NCBI GenBank assembly: GCA_049297695.1
Contig: JBAQUT010000021.1
Coordinates: forward strand, 583-64,582
Source: Alphaproteobacteria bacterium
GTDB taxonomy: Bacteria > Pseudomonadota > Alphaproteobacteria > UBA2136 > UBA6156
Reading direction: 5' to 3'
DNA: 64,000 nt
Shown: positions 36,949-46,638 of the stretch, piece after piece
Layout of the letters: each line of letters opens with the position of its first letter
Numbering within the stretch: the first letter of the stretch is position 1
The notes under the pieces: model-generated
Told to the model about the DNA's origin: nothing
Databases searched by the model: none
Seen by the model: only the letters and a program-made list of their open reading frames with translations
Program-made: the position numbers and the translations under genes

Positions 36949-38304
36949 CTAAAACCGCCCCTCTTTCAAAAACCGCTCCAGCGCATGAATATGGTAATCG
37001 CCGCGGGCAAACGCGGCGGTGGCTAGTAGTTTACGGTGCAAAGGGATGTTGGTTTTGATGCCGCCCACCACAAATTCATCCAGCGCGCGGCGCATGCGGG
37101 CAATGGCTTCCGTGCGGGTGGGGGCCCACACAATCAGTTTGGCAATCATGGCGTCGTAATAGGGCGGCACAATGGCTCCCGGGAACAGGGCGCTATCCAC
37201 CCGCACCCCCGGCCCGCTGGGGGCGTAATACTCGGTGACCTTGCCGGGGCAGGGGGCAAAGGTTTCGGGGTCTTCGGCGTTGATACGGCATTGAATGCTA
37301 TGCCCCACAGGCTTGGCCGCAAGCAAGGCTGGAGAAAGTTTTTCGCCCGCCGCCACCCGCAACTGTTCGGCCACCAAATCCAGCCCCGTCACCATCTCGG
37401 TCACCGTATGTTCCACTTGAAGGCGCGTATTCATCTCCATGAAACTAAAATGATTGTCTTGGAATAAAAACTCCAGAGTGCCCGCCCCACGATACCCCAT
37501 GGGGCCAAGGGCGTTACGCACGGTCTCAAACAGGGCGGTGCGTTGGGTGTCGGAGAGAGCGCTGCTGGGGGTTTCTTCCACCACCTTTTGGTGGCGGCGT
37601 TGCAGGGTGCAGTCCCGCTCGCCCAGCACGGCCAGGTTGCCATGGGTATCGCCAAACACTTGCACTTCAATGTGGCGGGCTTTGTCCATGTACTTTTCCA
37701 AGTACACGCGGTCATCGCCAAAGCTGGCCTTGGCCTCGCTGGTGGCCATGTGCAGGGCGTTGCGCAAGGCTTGGGGGCTGTGGGCCACTTTCATACCCTT
37801 ACCGCCGCCACCGCTGGCGGCCTTGATAATCACGGGGTAGCCAATGCGCTGGGCCACGGCCACGGCATCGTCCTCGTTGTCCAGCGTGCCGTTGCTGCCC
37901 AAATTGCAGGGCAGGCCGGCATCGTGGGCAAAGTTCAGGGCGGAAACCTTATCGCCCATCAGGCGGATATGCTCCGGTGTCGGCCCAATAAAGGTGAATC
38001 CCAGCTTTTCCACAATCTCGGCAAAGCGGGCGTTTTCACTTAAAAACCCAAACCCGGGGTGGATGGCCTCGGCATCGGTCACCTCCGCCGCCGCCATAAT
38101 GGCGGGGATGTTCAAATAGCTTTGGGCGGCAGGGGCGGGGCCCACGCACACGCTTTCATCGGCCATACGCACGTGCAGGGCGTGCTCGTCGGCCTCGCTG
38201 TGGATGGCCACGGTGGCAATACCCATCTCGCGGCAGGTGCGGATGATGCGGACGGCAATCTCTCCGCGGTTGGCAATCAAAATTTTAGAGAACATACGAA
38301 ACAT
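36949..38304 (-). CDS. accC: Acetyl-CoA carboxylase biotin carboxylase subunit
   Basis: 451 aa. ATP-grasp fold with the canonical N-terminus MFSKILIANRGEIAVRIIR. Confidence 0.9.
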   Translation of the reverse strand: MFRMFSKILIANRGEIAVRIIRTCREMGIATVAIHSEADEHALHVRMADESVCVGPAPAAQSYLNIPAIMAAAEVTDAEAIHPGFGFLSENARFAEIVEKLGFTFIGPTPEHIRLMGDKVSALNFAHDAGLPCNLGSNGTLDNEDDAVAVAQRIGYPVIIKAASGGGGKGMKVAHSPQALRNALHMATSEAKASFGDDRVYLEKYMDKARHIEVQVFGDTHGNLAVLGERDCTLQRRHQKVVEETPSSALSDTQRTALFETVRNALGPMGYRGAGTLEFLFQDNHFSFMEMNTRLQVEHTVTEMVTGLDLVAEQLRVAAGEKLSPALLAAKPVGHSIQCRINAEDPETFAPCPGKVTEYYAPSGPGVRVDSALFPGAIVPPYYDAMIAKLIVWAPTRTEAIARMRRALDEFVVGGIKTNIPLHRKLLATAAFARGDYHIHALERFLKEGRF

Positions 38305-38325
38305 TCCTTAACTTGCTAAAGGCAT

Positions 38326-38355
38326 AAGATGGCCACGCTGCGCACGCCATGACGA
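38326..38355 (-). repeat. Dispersed 30-bp intergenic element (copy E, minus orientation)
   Basis: Reverse complement reads tcgtcatggcgtgcgcagcgtggccatctt. Lies between the accB stop and the accC start. Confidence 0.55.
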
Positions 38356-38359
38356 TATG

Positions 38360-38806
38360 CTATTCAATCACAAACAATGGTTGGCCAAATTCCACGGGCT
38401 GGGCGTTGGTGGCGATGATTTTCTTCACCACCCCCGCTTTATCCGCCGCAATCTGGTTCATGGTTTTCATGGCTTCAATAATACACAGGGTTTGGCCTAC
38501 CTTCACAGCATCGCCTTCGTTCACAAACGGGGCGGCATCCGGCCCGCTGGAACGGTAAAACGTGCCCACCATGGGGGATGTGAAGGCGTTGGCAGGCGGG
38601 CCGTTGTCCGCCACGGTAATAACAGGGGCTTTGGGGCTGGGGGCTTGGGCCATAACCATGCCGCTGCCGGGCTTTTTCAGGCGCAAACGTACGCCACCGG
38701 TTTCAATTTCGGCTTCTTCCATGGTGGATGCATCCAACCAGTCGGCCAGCTGTTGCAGGGCTTTCAAATCCAGCTTGGGGCTTGCGGGTTTGGTGTCTTT
38801 GGTCAT
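38360..38806 (-). CDS. accB: Biotin carboxyl carrier protein
   Basis: Biotinyl-lysine motif EAMKTMN. Start chosen at MTKDTKP. Confidence 0.85.
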   Translation of the reverse strand: MTKDTKPASPKLDLKALQQLADWLDASTMEEAEIETGGVRLRLKKPGSGMVMAQAPSPKAPVITVADNGPPANAFTSPMVGTFYRSSGPDAAPFVNEGDAVKVGQTLCIIEAMKTMNQIAADKAGVVKKIIATNAQPVEFGQPLFVIE

Positions 38807-39180
38807 AGGGGCAGGCTTTCTTGGTGGGGTTTGGTCAGGGTGTCGGCCAGCACTTCCAGCTTGCGGAGCTTCACCATCTCGGCGTGCATTTTGGTAAGTT
38901 GCACAATCCATTTGTCTATCAGAGCGCGGCGCTCGCCTGTGGCGTTTTTGGCGCGGTGGGTCAGCATGGAAATGGCCATAGCCAAATCGGGGTAGGGCGA
39001 CATGCTGCCCATGGGGCGGCTAGCTACCCGCACGGGGGATGACGCCGCCTTGCGCACGGCAGCGGTTTGGGCGGCGCTGGCTTGGGGCAGTGCGCCAAGA
39101 GCGCTTAAGGCACTGTCCAGCGCGCTGGTGCTGGGCACCTTGCGGCGGGGTTTGGGTTTGGAAGGTGGTTTGATGGCCAT
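38803..39180 (-). CDS. Hypothetical protein
   Basis: ORF 38803-39201. Ala/Ser-rich N-terminal half with a helical C-terminal half. Occupies the position usually held by aroQ upstream of accB. Confidence 0.35.
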   Translation of the reverse strand: MAIKPPSKPKPRRKVPSTSALDSALSALGALPQASAAQTAAVRKAASSPVRVASRPMGSMSPYPDLAMAISMLTHRAKNATGERRALIDKWIVQLTKMHAEMVKLRKLEVLADTLTKPHQESLPL

Positions 39181-39307
39181 GGCAGGGCTTATAGCACGCA
39201 AGAAACTGTTTGTCAGCTTGCAAATAGAACAACGCCTGCAAGGCGTAACGCGGCGGTCTCGAAAACCGTTTTCAACTCACCTTTTTTACGTTATACACCC
39301 TGCACGC

Positions 39308-39397
39308 GGAGGAGTGGCTGAGTGGTCGAAAGCGGCGGTCTCGAAAACCGTTAGGGGCGCAAGCTCCTCGCAGGTTCAAATCCTGTCTCCTCCGCCA
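39308..39397 (+). tRNA. tRNA-Ser (anticodon CGA)
   Basis: 90 nt. Acceptor stem GGAGGAG/CTCCTCC. Anticodon loop CTCGAAA. Long variable arm. Encoded CCA. Confidence 0.85.
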
Positions 39398-39487
39398 TAT
39401 TATTATTTAGGTGCCGCCCCGCCACACCCCCCACGCCATTCGGGCAAGGGGTGTGGGATAACCCGCCCATTCTGATACACTCACATC

Positions 39488-40519
39488 ATGAAACATGGAG
39501 TATGGCTTGGTGCAATGCTGTCGGCCTTGGTGGCGTGTTCCACCTCCTCGTTGTCGGGTATGTCCAATGCCGAGTTTGAACGGTTTTACGAGGCTTTTAA
39601 GCGGGATGCGGAAGTTCAGGGCTTGAATGGCGACCTACTGGACCAAGCCTTTGGTGGCACCGTAACCCCCTACGCCGTGGTGTTGAAGCACGATAAATCG
39701 CAACCTGAAACCACTCAAACCTTTGCCAGTTATCTGGCCAAAATGATGGTGGAATCGCGCCGTAAAAAAGGTGCTCAAATCTATCAGGATCATCTTACAA
39801 CGCTGATGGATGTTGAGGTCCGTACGGGTGTGCCTGGCAACGTGCTGGTAGCCCTGTGGGGCATTGAAAGCAATTTTGGCGCCAACATGGGCGGGCATCC
39901 GGTTATTCCGGCCTTGGTGACGCTTGCGTGGAGCAGTGAGAAAGATTCCCGCAAGGCGTTTTTCAGGAAAGAAGCCTTGGTGGCCCTGCAAATTGCCACC
40001 CAGCAGCGCATGGAACCCCGTGAGTTGATAGGCAGTTGGGCAGGTGCCATGGGCGGGTGCCAGTTTATGCCCAGCACGTATCTGAAGCATGCCACCGATG
40101 GCGACGGCGATGGCAAAACCGATATTTGGGCCAACCCCACCGATGTGTTTGCCAGCAGTGCCCAGTTTTTGAAAGATTTGGGCTGGCGGCAAGGCAAACC
40201 GTGGCGTTTGGGGGCCACGGTAACGGCGGAACTGCCTTCCGAGGCTGCGTTTAACGAGCGGGGGTTGAGCGAGCCCCATAGCATCGGCCAATGGCAGCGC
40301 TGGGGTGTGGTGCCTCGCGGGCAGGCGTTTACAGCGTTGGGGAGTGTGGATACCTTGGCCCGCGTGTACCGCCCCATGAACGAGAACGGCCCCGCTTTCA
40401 TGGTTGGCCCTAATTTTGACGTGATTTTAAAATGGAACAAATCCAGCTATTTTGCCGCCAGCGTGTTGTTGCTGGCCGAGAGTGTTGCTAAGAATGGAGA
40501 CCTCCCTCGTGTTGATTAG
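39488..40519 (+). CDS. mltB: Lytic murein transglycosylase (MltB-like)
   Basis: 343 aa. Signal peptide. GAMGGCQFMPSTY catalytic region. Confidence 0.8.
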   Translation: MKHGVWLGAMLSALVACSTSSLSGMSNAEFERFYEAFKRDAEVQGLNGDLLDQAFGGTVTPYAVVLKHDKSQPETTQTFASYLAKMMVESRRKKGAQIYQDHLTTLMDVEVRTGVPGNVLVALWGIESNFGANMGGHPVIPALVTLAWSSEKDSRKAFFRKEALVALQIATQQRMEPRELIGSWAGAMGGCQFMPSTYLKHATDGDGDGKTDIWANPTDVFASSAQFLKDLGWRQGKPWRLGATVTAELPSEAAFNERGLSEPHSIGQWQRWGVVPRGQAFTALGSVDTLARVYRPMNENGPAFMVGPNFDVILKWNKSSYFAASVLLLAESVAKNGDLPRVD

Positions 40520-41606
40520 TTTGAACCGCTTACCGTTTAGCCTGCCTTATTGGGGGTTTTACAAGTTGCCCTACAAAGCGTTGCTGACCGCGGCGTTGCT
40601 TTCGGGCTGTACCGAAATGTACGTGGGCAGCCACATGTTTAAAAAAGTGTACGGCGAGTACAGCTGCAAAGAAGATGGCGATTTAAAGGTGGGCGCCCCC
40701 TACAAGGTGGATGGCATTAACTACGCCCCCATGGTGAGCAGTTTGGGTTACAGCGAGCGTGGGGTGGCCAGCTGGTACGGAAAAGATTTTCATGGCAAGG
40801 CTAGCGCCAACGGCGAGTGCTACAACATGTATGCCTTTACCGCCGCCCACAAAACCTTGCCCCTGCCCACCGTGGTGCGCGTTACCAACCTTGAAAACAA
40901 CAAAAGCGTGGTGGTGAAAGTGAACGACCGCGGGCCGTTTGTATCCGGCCGCGTGATTGACATGAGTTACGCCGCCGCCCAAAGCCTTGGCATGGTGGGC
41001 AACGGAACTGCACCTGTGCTGGTGGAAGCCATTGGCGGCCCCCACCATTATATTGGTGGCTTGAAAGGTAACACCCAATTGGCCAGCCAACTGCCCAACC
41101 TGCAACGCAGTTTGGGGCCTGTGAATCCAATACAACCAACCCCCGCAACCTTGCCAAGCTATGTGCCGCCCGCGCCTGAAAGCGAAGATTTGGCCCCGAT
41201 TGTCACCACCCAGCCTACGGTGCTGGAACAACCGTTCACCGATGTGCAAACCCCCATGCCCGCCACCGAAACGGCTAAACTGGACGCAAGTTTGCCAGAC
41301 TTAGCCACCAACTTGCCACCGCCCCCCGCCCAAACCCCGCCCGCCAACACGGCCCATTTGCTGAACACCAACATGTACGTGCAGGTAGGCGCCTTTGGGA
41401 ATGTGCCCAACGCCGAGAAGGTGTTGGATAAACTCCGCGCTTTGGAACCCACGGCGGCATTGAGCAAGGTGGAAGGCGAGGGCATTGCCACGCTGACCCG
41501 CGTGCGCAGCGGCCCCTATGCCAGCATTGCCGAGGCTGAAACTGCCTTGGCCCGCCTGAAAGCTGCTGGCTTTGAGGGCGCACGGGTTGCGGTGGAAAGT
41601 AGGTAA
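40497..41606 (+). CDS. rlpA: Septal ring lytic transglycosylase RlpA family protein (DPBB + SPOR domains), lipoprotein
   Basis: DPBB core (VASWYGKDFHGKASANGE...). C-terminal SPOR domain (YVQVGAFGNVPNAEKV...). Lipobox LLSGC. The start is uncertain: either the ATG at 40497 or the TTG at 40566. Confidence 0.8.
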   Translation, partial: ETSLVLISLNRLPFSLPYWGFYKLPYKALLTAALLSGCTEMYVGSHMFKKVYGEYSCKEDGDLKVGAPYKVDGINYAPMVSSLGYSERGVASWYGKDFHGKASANGECYNMYAFTAAHKTLPLPTVVRVTNLENNKSVVVKVNDRGPFVSGRVIDMSYAAAQSLGMVGNGTAPVLVEAIGGPHHYIGGLKGNTQLASQLPNLQRSLGPVNPIQPTPATLPSYVPPAPESEDLAPIVTTQPTVLEQPFTDVQTPMPATETAKLDASLPDLATNLPPPPAQTPPANTAHLLNTNMYVQVGAFGNVPNAEKVLDKLRALEPTAALSKVEGEGIATLTRVRSGPYASIAEAETALARLKAAGFEGARVAVESR

Positions 41607-41620
41607 AGATAGATTGAGCG

Positions 41621-42361
41621 ATGATGAAAATTATGGTGACGGGACATTCAGGAATTGTGGGAAAAGGCTTTTTGGAGCGTTTTTCGGATAAGTACGAGAT
41701 TGTCGGCTATAGTTTAGACTTGGGAGATGATTTATCAGATTATGATAATCTTGTCGCCAAGATGCGGGGGTGTGAGATGGTGGTGCACTTAGCCGCTATA
41801 TCGAAACCTGTTGAATCCGCATCGTTTGATGATTATTTGCGTCACAACGTACAGGCTACGGCAAATGTATTGAAAGCTGCTTGCGAAGTAGGAATCAAGC
41901 GTGTTGTCTATGCAAGTTCAACCACTGTTTACGGTATTGAAAAAGGTATTCCGTTTGCCAGTCCCGTGAGAGAAGATATGCCTTTTGTATCGCAGTATTT
42001 GGGGGTAAATGACTTACGATGTCGCCCATGCGATCTTTCGTATCACACGAGTAAAGTTATGTCAGAACAGCAAGTTGCGTGGTATGGCCTTAATAAGAAA
42101 GTTGAAACATTGGCACTTCGTTTTGGCCCCGTTGGCAAAGTCTTTTTGGGTACATCGGTAAGCATGGATAACGCATGTCATGCTATAGATATTTCTCTGT
42201 CCAGTCCGAATGAATTTTGGTATGAGCCATTTAGTATTGTGGATGATATTCCCCATATAGATATAACAAAAGCACGTACTATGCTTGGGTACACCCCAAC
42301 CCAACCTAAATATCCTGCAGAAGTTATTCGTTCAACATTTGAAGAGAGAACAACAAGGTAA
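41621..42361 (+). CDS. NAD-dependent epimerase/dehydratase family protein (AT-rich, likely horizontally acquired)
   Basis: N-terminal Rossmann motif VTGHSGIVG. Catalytic YxxxK region (YHTSK). GC is markedly lower than the flanking rlpA and dacC. Confidence 0.7.
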   Translation: MMKIMVTGHSGIVGKGFLERFSDKYEIVGYSLDLGDDLSDYDNLVAKMRGCEMVVHLAAISKPVESASFDDYLRHNVQATANVLKAACEVGIKRVVYASSTTVYGIEKGIPFASPVREDMPFVSQYLGVNDLRCRPCDLSYHTSKVMSEQQVAWYGLNKKVETLALRFGPVGKVFLGTSVSMDNACHAIDISLSSPNEFWYEPFSIVDDIPHIDITKARTMLGYTPTQPKYPAEVIRSTFEERTTR

Positions 42362-42364
42362 ACG

Positions 42365-43474
42365 ATGATGCGCTATGTATTTGCAACCTTTTTTTTAATG
42401 ACGGCTTTAACATCCCATGCGTTGGAACTTGCGGCCAAGTCGGCGTATGTGGTGCATCCTTCCACAGGCACGGTGGTGGTGAACCAGAATGGCGATACCC
42501 AAATGGGCCCCGCCAGCCTGACCAAGCTGATGACGTTGTACCTGTTGTTTGATGCCATCAAGCAAGGCCAAGTGGCCATGACGGATGAATTGCCCGTCAG
42601 CGAAAAAGCCTGGCGCATGGGCGGCAGCAAAATGTTTGTGGATATCGGCAAAGGTGTGCCGGTGGAAAAACTCATTCAAGGTATTGCGGTGGTAAGCGGC
42701 AACGATGCCTGCGTGGTGGTGGCGGAAAAACTGGGCGGCACGGAAGAAGGTTTTGCGGGCTTGATGAACACCACCGCCCAACGCTTGGGTATGACGAATA
42801 CCAAGTTTGTGAACGCTAGCGGCTGGCCCGACCCCGCCCAGCTGACCACGGCGCATGATATGGCCAAATTGGTGGAAGCGTTGGTGCGTGATTTCCCCGA
42901 ATATCAAAAGTTTTTGGTTGAGGAAGAGTTTGAGTGGAACGGCATCAAACAACAAAACCGCAACGGCCTGCTGCATGCCGGGGCGGGGATTGATATCGGC
43001 AAAACCGGCCATACGGAAGAAAGCGGCTACCATTTGGCCAGCAGTGCCGTGCAAAATGGCGAGCGCCTGATTGCCGTGGTGATGGGCACCGATGGCTTTA
43101 GTGCGCGGGAAGGCGAAAGCCTGAAAGCCTACGCCACCGCCTTTGCCCAAAACAAAACCGTGCGCGTGGCCAACCCCAATGCCCCTGTGGTGGAGAATGT
43201 TCCCCTGTGGCACGCGGTGTTTGGCGCCACCAACCTGACGGTGGCGGAACCCATAGCCCTGTTTGTGAGCGATGCCGACAAGGCTAAAATAACGGTAAAA
43301 GCCACTTACAAACAACCGTTGGTAGCGCCCGTGTTGGCTGACCAACCGGTGGGCGAGCTGACCGTGACCATGCCCGACGGCACCACCCGAACCACGGCGT
43401 TGGTGACGGGGGTTAACATTGCCCAAGGCGGCTTCTTCAGCCGTTGGTTGCAAAGTTTGACAGGTATGTTTTAA
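42365..43474 (+). CDS. dacC: D-alanyl-D-alanine carboxypeptidase (PBP5/6 family)
   Basis: Signal peptide. SxxK (SLTKLMT), SGN and KTG motifs. Confidence 0.85.
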   Translation: MMRYVFATFFLMTALTSHALELAAKSAYVVHPSTGTVVVNQNGDTQMGPASLTKLMTLYLLFDAIKQGQVAMTDELPVSEKAWRMGGSKMFVDIGKGVPVEKLIQGIAVVSGNDACVVVAEKLGGTEEGFAGLMNTTAQRLGMTNTKFVNASGWPDPAQLTTAHDMAKLVEALVRDFPEYQKFLVEEEFEWNGIKQQNRNGLLHAGAGIDIGKTGHTEESGYHLASSAVQNGERLIAVVMGTDGFSAREGESLKAYATAFAQNKTVRVANPNAPVVENVPLWHAVFGATNLTVAEPIALFVSDADKAKITVKATYKQPLVAPVLADQPVGELTVTMPDGTTRTTALVTGVNIAQGGFFSRWLQSLTGMF

Positions 43475-43649
43475 TTTCTTCTGGGGTTTTATAAACCATA
43501 AACTCGATATGGAAGGCCCTTTGATAGTCTGGCATATCGATAGTGGTTACCTTAAGGGGTACACCTTGGATTTTGGCCCGTTTATAAAGCTCAATAAAAT
43601 GTTCAGATGTTGCAAACTCATTGTTTACAAGCGCGAATGGGTTAGGCAT
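43437..43649 (-). CDS. Small hypothetical protein (AT-rich accessory patch)
   Basis: 70 aa. Downstream partner of the 59-aa ORF below; this layout is compatible with a small two-gene module such as a toxin-antitoxin. Confidence 0.3.
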   Translation of the reverse strand: MPNPFALVNNEFATSEHFIELYKRAKIQGVPLKVTTIDMPDYQRAFHIEFMVYKTPEEIKTYLSNFATNG

Positions 43650-43703
43650 CTGCTTGCTTTCAGATAAATCAATGCGTCGTTGGGCGCACTCCTCCAGATA
43701 TTT

Positions 43704-43883
43704 TTAGTTCAATGTACGGGCTGCAACAGCGGCATCCATGGCGGCATAAACACCTTCCCATGTTTGATGAAGGGCGTGGGAATGAAGTTTTTGATAAACT
43801 TCGCGTTCGGGATCAGCCGCGCGGTGAGCTTCCTGAAATTTAAAAATACCCCGCATAGCGTCGGCGTCTTCACGGTTCATCAT
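43704..43883 (-). CDS. Small hypothetical protein, 59 aa (MMNREDADAMRGIFKFQEAHRAADPEREVYQKL...)
   Basis: Found by eye; not in the ORF track. Co-oriented with the 70-aa ORF, 54 nt upstream of it. Confidence 0.3.
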   Translation of the reverse strand: MMNREDADAMRGIFKFQEAHRAADPEREVYQKLHSHALHQTWEGVYAAMDAAVAARTLN

Positions 43884-43966
43884 GCTGCTTTACTCCTTTT
43901 GTAAATTGTATATAGTTTACAAGGGTTGATAAATCAAGATGTTTATAGAAACGGGGAGAATGACCG

Positions 43967-44476
43967 ATGGTTGTGACAGAGCCTTTGAAACACATGATGA
44001 ATTTATACCTTGAAGCCCAATACTTTGCCACCAACACCGGCGCCTATGCCCGTTTTTTAGAAGAATTCGGCCAATGGCACGATACCGTACCCATCTCGTT
44101 CCAATTTCAAGGTAAACCTCGTCAATGCTTTGATAACGCATGGGAGGGAATCGAGCACTACAACCTTGGCTATGCCCAAGGGTACATTGTGGTGGCGGGT
44201 ATCCCGTTAGACCATAGCTGGAACATCCAACCCAACGGCCAACCGTGCGATGCCACTCCCCTGGCCGAGCCGCCCCAAGCCTATTTTGGGGTCGAGTTCA
44301 GTTACGAGGGCATCCGGAACCTGTTTGCCTTGGCCGTGAAGGCTCAGGTTGTTACGTACGGCCGCGATAGGCTGGGTGATATCCTCCCCCTGCTGCTCAA
44401 AGCCGGCTACACCGCCGAAGTACAAGCCGCCTTGCTGAAAACCCCTGAAAATGATAAAGGTACGGGGAGAGAGTAA
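43967..44476 (+). CDS. Hypothetical protein
   Basis: 169 aa. No recognisable motifs. Lies in an accessory patch between dacC and tmk. Confidence 0.45.
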   Translation: MVVTEPLKHMMNLYLEAQYFATNTGAYARFLEEFGQWHDTVPISFQFQGKPRQCFDNAWEGIEHYNLGYAQGYIVVAGIPLDHSWNIQPNGQPCDATPLAEPPQAYFGVEFSYEGIRNLFALAVKAQVVTYGRDRLGDILPLLLKAGYTAEVQAALLKTPENDKGTGRE

Positions 44477-44491
44477 CGGGGAGAGTGGGGT

Positions 44492-45145
44492 ATGCAAGGG
44501 TATTACATCGCGCTGGAAGGCCCTGACGGGGCAGGTAAAACAACCCAAATGAAGATGTTGGTGGAGGCATTGAAGCTGGCACATGTGCCGTTTATCAACA
44601 TTCGTGAGCCGGGGGCGACGGATGTGGGGAAAAAAATTAGGGAAATTTTGTTAACAGGCGATGCCAACAAGTTGGATGCCACCACGGAAGCCTTGTTGTT
44701 CAGCGCCGACCGCCGACATACCATTCTTACCCTTGTGCGGCCAGCTTTGGCAGCGGGGAAATGGGTTCTTTCGGATAGAACTTTTCTCACCACCTTAGTA
44801 TTTCAAGGTTATGGCGGTGGTTTAAGTTTGGAAATGCTCAAGCAACTTACGGCCATTGCGGTTGAAGATACTCGCCCCCATTTGCAAATCGTTCTGGATT
44901 TGCCCGTGAACGAAAGTTTGAACCGTAAGGCGCCCCAATTCCAAGCGGGGTTGGATGAAAACCGTATGGAAAGCAAAGGGGATGCGTACCACCAACGCAA
45001 CCGTGATGGGTATCATGCCGAAGTGGCCAAACACCCTGACCATTATGCGTTGGTGGATGCCCGTGGCACCCACCATGAAGTTCACGCACGGATTGTGGAG
45101 GCCTTGAACACGAAGCTGGGCTTGACATTAAAACCTTCAATATAG
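44492..45145 (+). CDS. tmk: Thymidylate kinase
   Basis: P-loop YIALEGPDGAGKTTQ. DRH/lid motifs. Confidence 0.9.
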   Translation: MQGYYIALEGPDGAGKTTQMKMLVEALKLAHVPFINIREPGATDVGKKIREILLTGDANKLDATTEALLFSADRRHTILTLVRPALAAGKWVLSDRTFLTTLVFQGYGGGLSLEMLKQLTAIAVEDTRPHLQIVLDLPVNESLNRKAPQFQAGLDENRMESKGDAYHQRNRDGYHAEVAKHPDHYALVDARGTHHEVHARIVEALNTKLGLTLKPSI

Positions 45146-45156
45146 GAGATAGAACA

Positions 45157-45516
45157 ATGATACAGGTCTCTCATTTCGTAAAATCAATCACTCTTTTTAC
45201 GTTTCTAGCAACATCTCCCCTTGCCGAAGCCAAAATACCCTCCAAGCCCGACATGCCCGACGTACGCGTGTTGCCGAAGTCTCGTTTCTACGCCGTGAAA
45301 GACATGCCGTTCCGCACGGCCTGCAAAAGGCTCCCTTTGAAACTGATGTTAGATACGGGTTTTGCCCGCAGCCCTTACGCCTCACCGTTTCATGCATGGT
45401 GTAAAAACACGTTTGGCTACATGCTGCCCGATACGTATGATGACGAAGTCCAGCAGTTGATAAACCTTCCGCCTTTGGTGCCTACAGGCATTGAAGGTAA
45501 AACCCCAACCCTGTAA
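45157..45516 (+). CDS. Secreted hypothetical protein
   Basis: 119 aa. Signal peptide SITLFTFLATSPLAEA. Confidence 0.45.
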   Translation: MIQVSHFVKSITLFTFLATSPLAEAKIPSKPDMPDVRVLPKSRFYAVKDMPFRTACKRLPLKLMLDTGFARSPYASPFHAWCKNTFGYMLPDTYDDEVQQLINLPPLVPTGIEGKTPTL

Positions 45517-45525
45517 GCTGGTTCC

Positions 45526-46383
45526 ATGACATCCCTCATCGGCCACACTGCGTTGCAAGCCCAGCTGGCCGAGATGCTGGAGGCGGGCGTGTTGCCCCAT
45601 GCCCTGTTGCTGCACGGGCCGCAAGGGGTGGGAAAACGGTTGCTGGCCACCAAGCTGGCGTATCGGCTTATGACGGGTGGGACAGGGCTGGAACCCGACA
45701 CCACCGCCCCCGTGTACCACCAGATTGTGGCGGGGAGCTGTGGGGATTTCCATGTTTTGGAGCCTGAAAAAGGCAGCGACGGGAAGCTGAAAAAAAGCAT
45801 CGGCATCAAACAGGTGCGGGCCTTGTTGGCAGATTTGCAGCGCAGCACCGATAACCAGCGCGTGGTGATTGTGGACGCGCTGGAACAGATGACCGACGAA
45901 GCCGCCAACGCGCTGCTGAAAACCTTGGAAGAACCCCGCCCCAACCTGACGTTTGTGTTGGTGTGTCACCAGTTGGGGGATACGTTGCCGACCATCCGGT
46001 CACGGTGTCGGCTGGTGCCTGTGCACCCCCTGACAGAGGCGGAAACCTTGAAGGTTTTGGTGGCCCAAGGGGGAGACGAAGCGTGGGTGCCGTTGGCCCA
46101 CGGAAGTCCTGGAAGCGTGTTGGGGAATGACGCCAAACTGTTGCGCGAAACCATGGCCGTGTTGCGCCCCGTGGTGGAGGGGGGAACCCCTGCCAAAGCC
46201 CCCAGCGCGGCCCAAGCCCCGTGGGTGCCCGAAGCCTTGCTGATGTTGCTGGCCCAGCAACCGCCCACCGTGGCGTGGGCCAAGGCTTATGCCGATATTC
46301 AAACCCTGAAGCGGCGCACGGCGCTGAACATTCCGCACACCATGCTGGCGGATGCGGCGCTTGCTATTCTTCGGCAGGTATGA
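45526..46383 (+). CDS. holB: DNA polymerase III subunit delta-prime
   Basis: AAA+ P-loop-like LLLHGPQGVGKRLLA. tmk-holB-tatD synteny. Confidence 0.85.
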   Translation: MTSLIGHTALQAQLAEMLEAGVLPHALLLHGPQGVGKRLLATKLAYRLMTGGTGLEPDTTAPVYHQIVAGSCGDFHVLEPEKGSDGKLKKSIGIKQVRALLADLQRSTDNQRVVIVDALEQMTDEAANALLKTLEEPRPNLTFVLVCHQLGDTLPTIRSRCRLVPVHPLTEAETLKVLVAQGGDEAWVPLAHGSPGSVLGNDAKLLRETMAVLRPVVEGGTPAKAPSAAQAPWVPEALLMLLAQQPPTVAWAKAYADIQTLKRRTALNIPHTMLADAALAILRQV

Positions 46384-46395
46384 TATTGGGTATAC

Positions 46396-46623
46396 ATGCA
46401 AGGAAAGTATCAACCTATGATGAACGAACGTCAGGTGGAGTTGGACATAGCAGACGATGTGCGGGCTGAGCCTATGGCCAGCCTCTCTCTGGAGACACGA
46501 GGCCAACGGGTTATGGCGGCCGCTGTGTGCGGCACGTTTTTGGGAATTGCGTGGGTTATGGATAAAATGGAAGCTGCGAGGTCTAAATTGAAAAGTCCTC
46601 ACGATGTCCGGAAATATCGTTAG
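46396..46623 (+). CDS. Small hypothetical protein
   Basis: 75 aa. One predicted TM helix (AAAVCGTFLGIAWV). Occupies the slot between holB and tatD where metG usually sits. Confidence 0.3.
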   Translation: MQGKYQPMMNERQVELDIADDVRAEPMASLSLETRGQRVMAAAVCGTFLGIAWVMDKMEAARSKLKSPHDVRKYR

Positions 46624-46638
46624 TAGGAATGTTGTCAG

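Noticed and set aside
43680-43904. 74-aa plus-strand ORF in the AT-rich patch after dacC
   Set aside because: The sequence is Cys/Gly-rich and low-complexity. The opposite strand carries a more plausible 59-aa ORF upstream of, and co-oriented with, the 70-aa ORF at 43437-43649.
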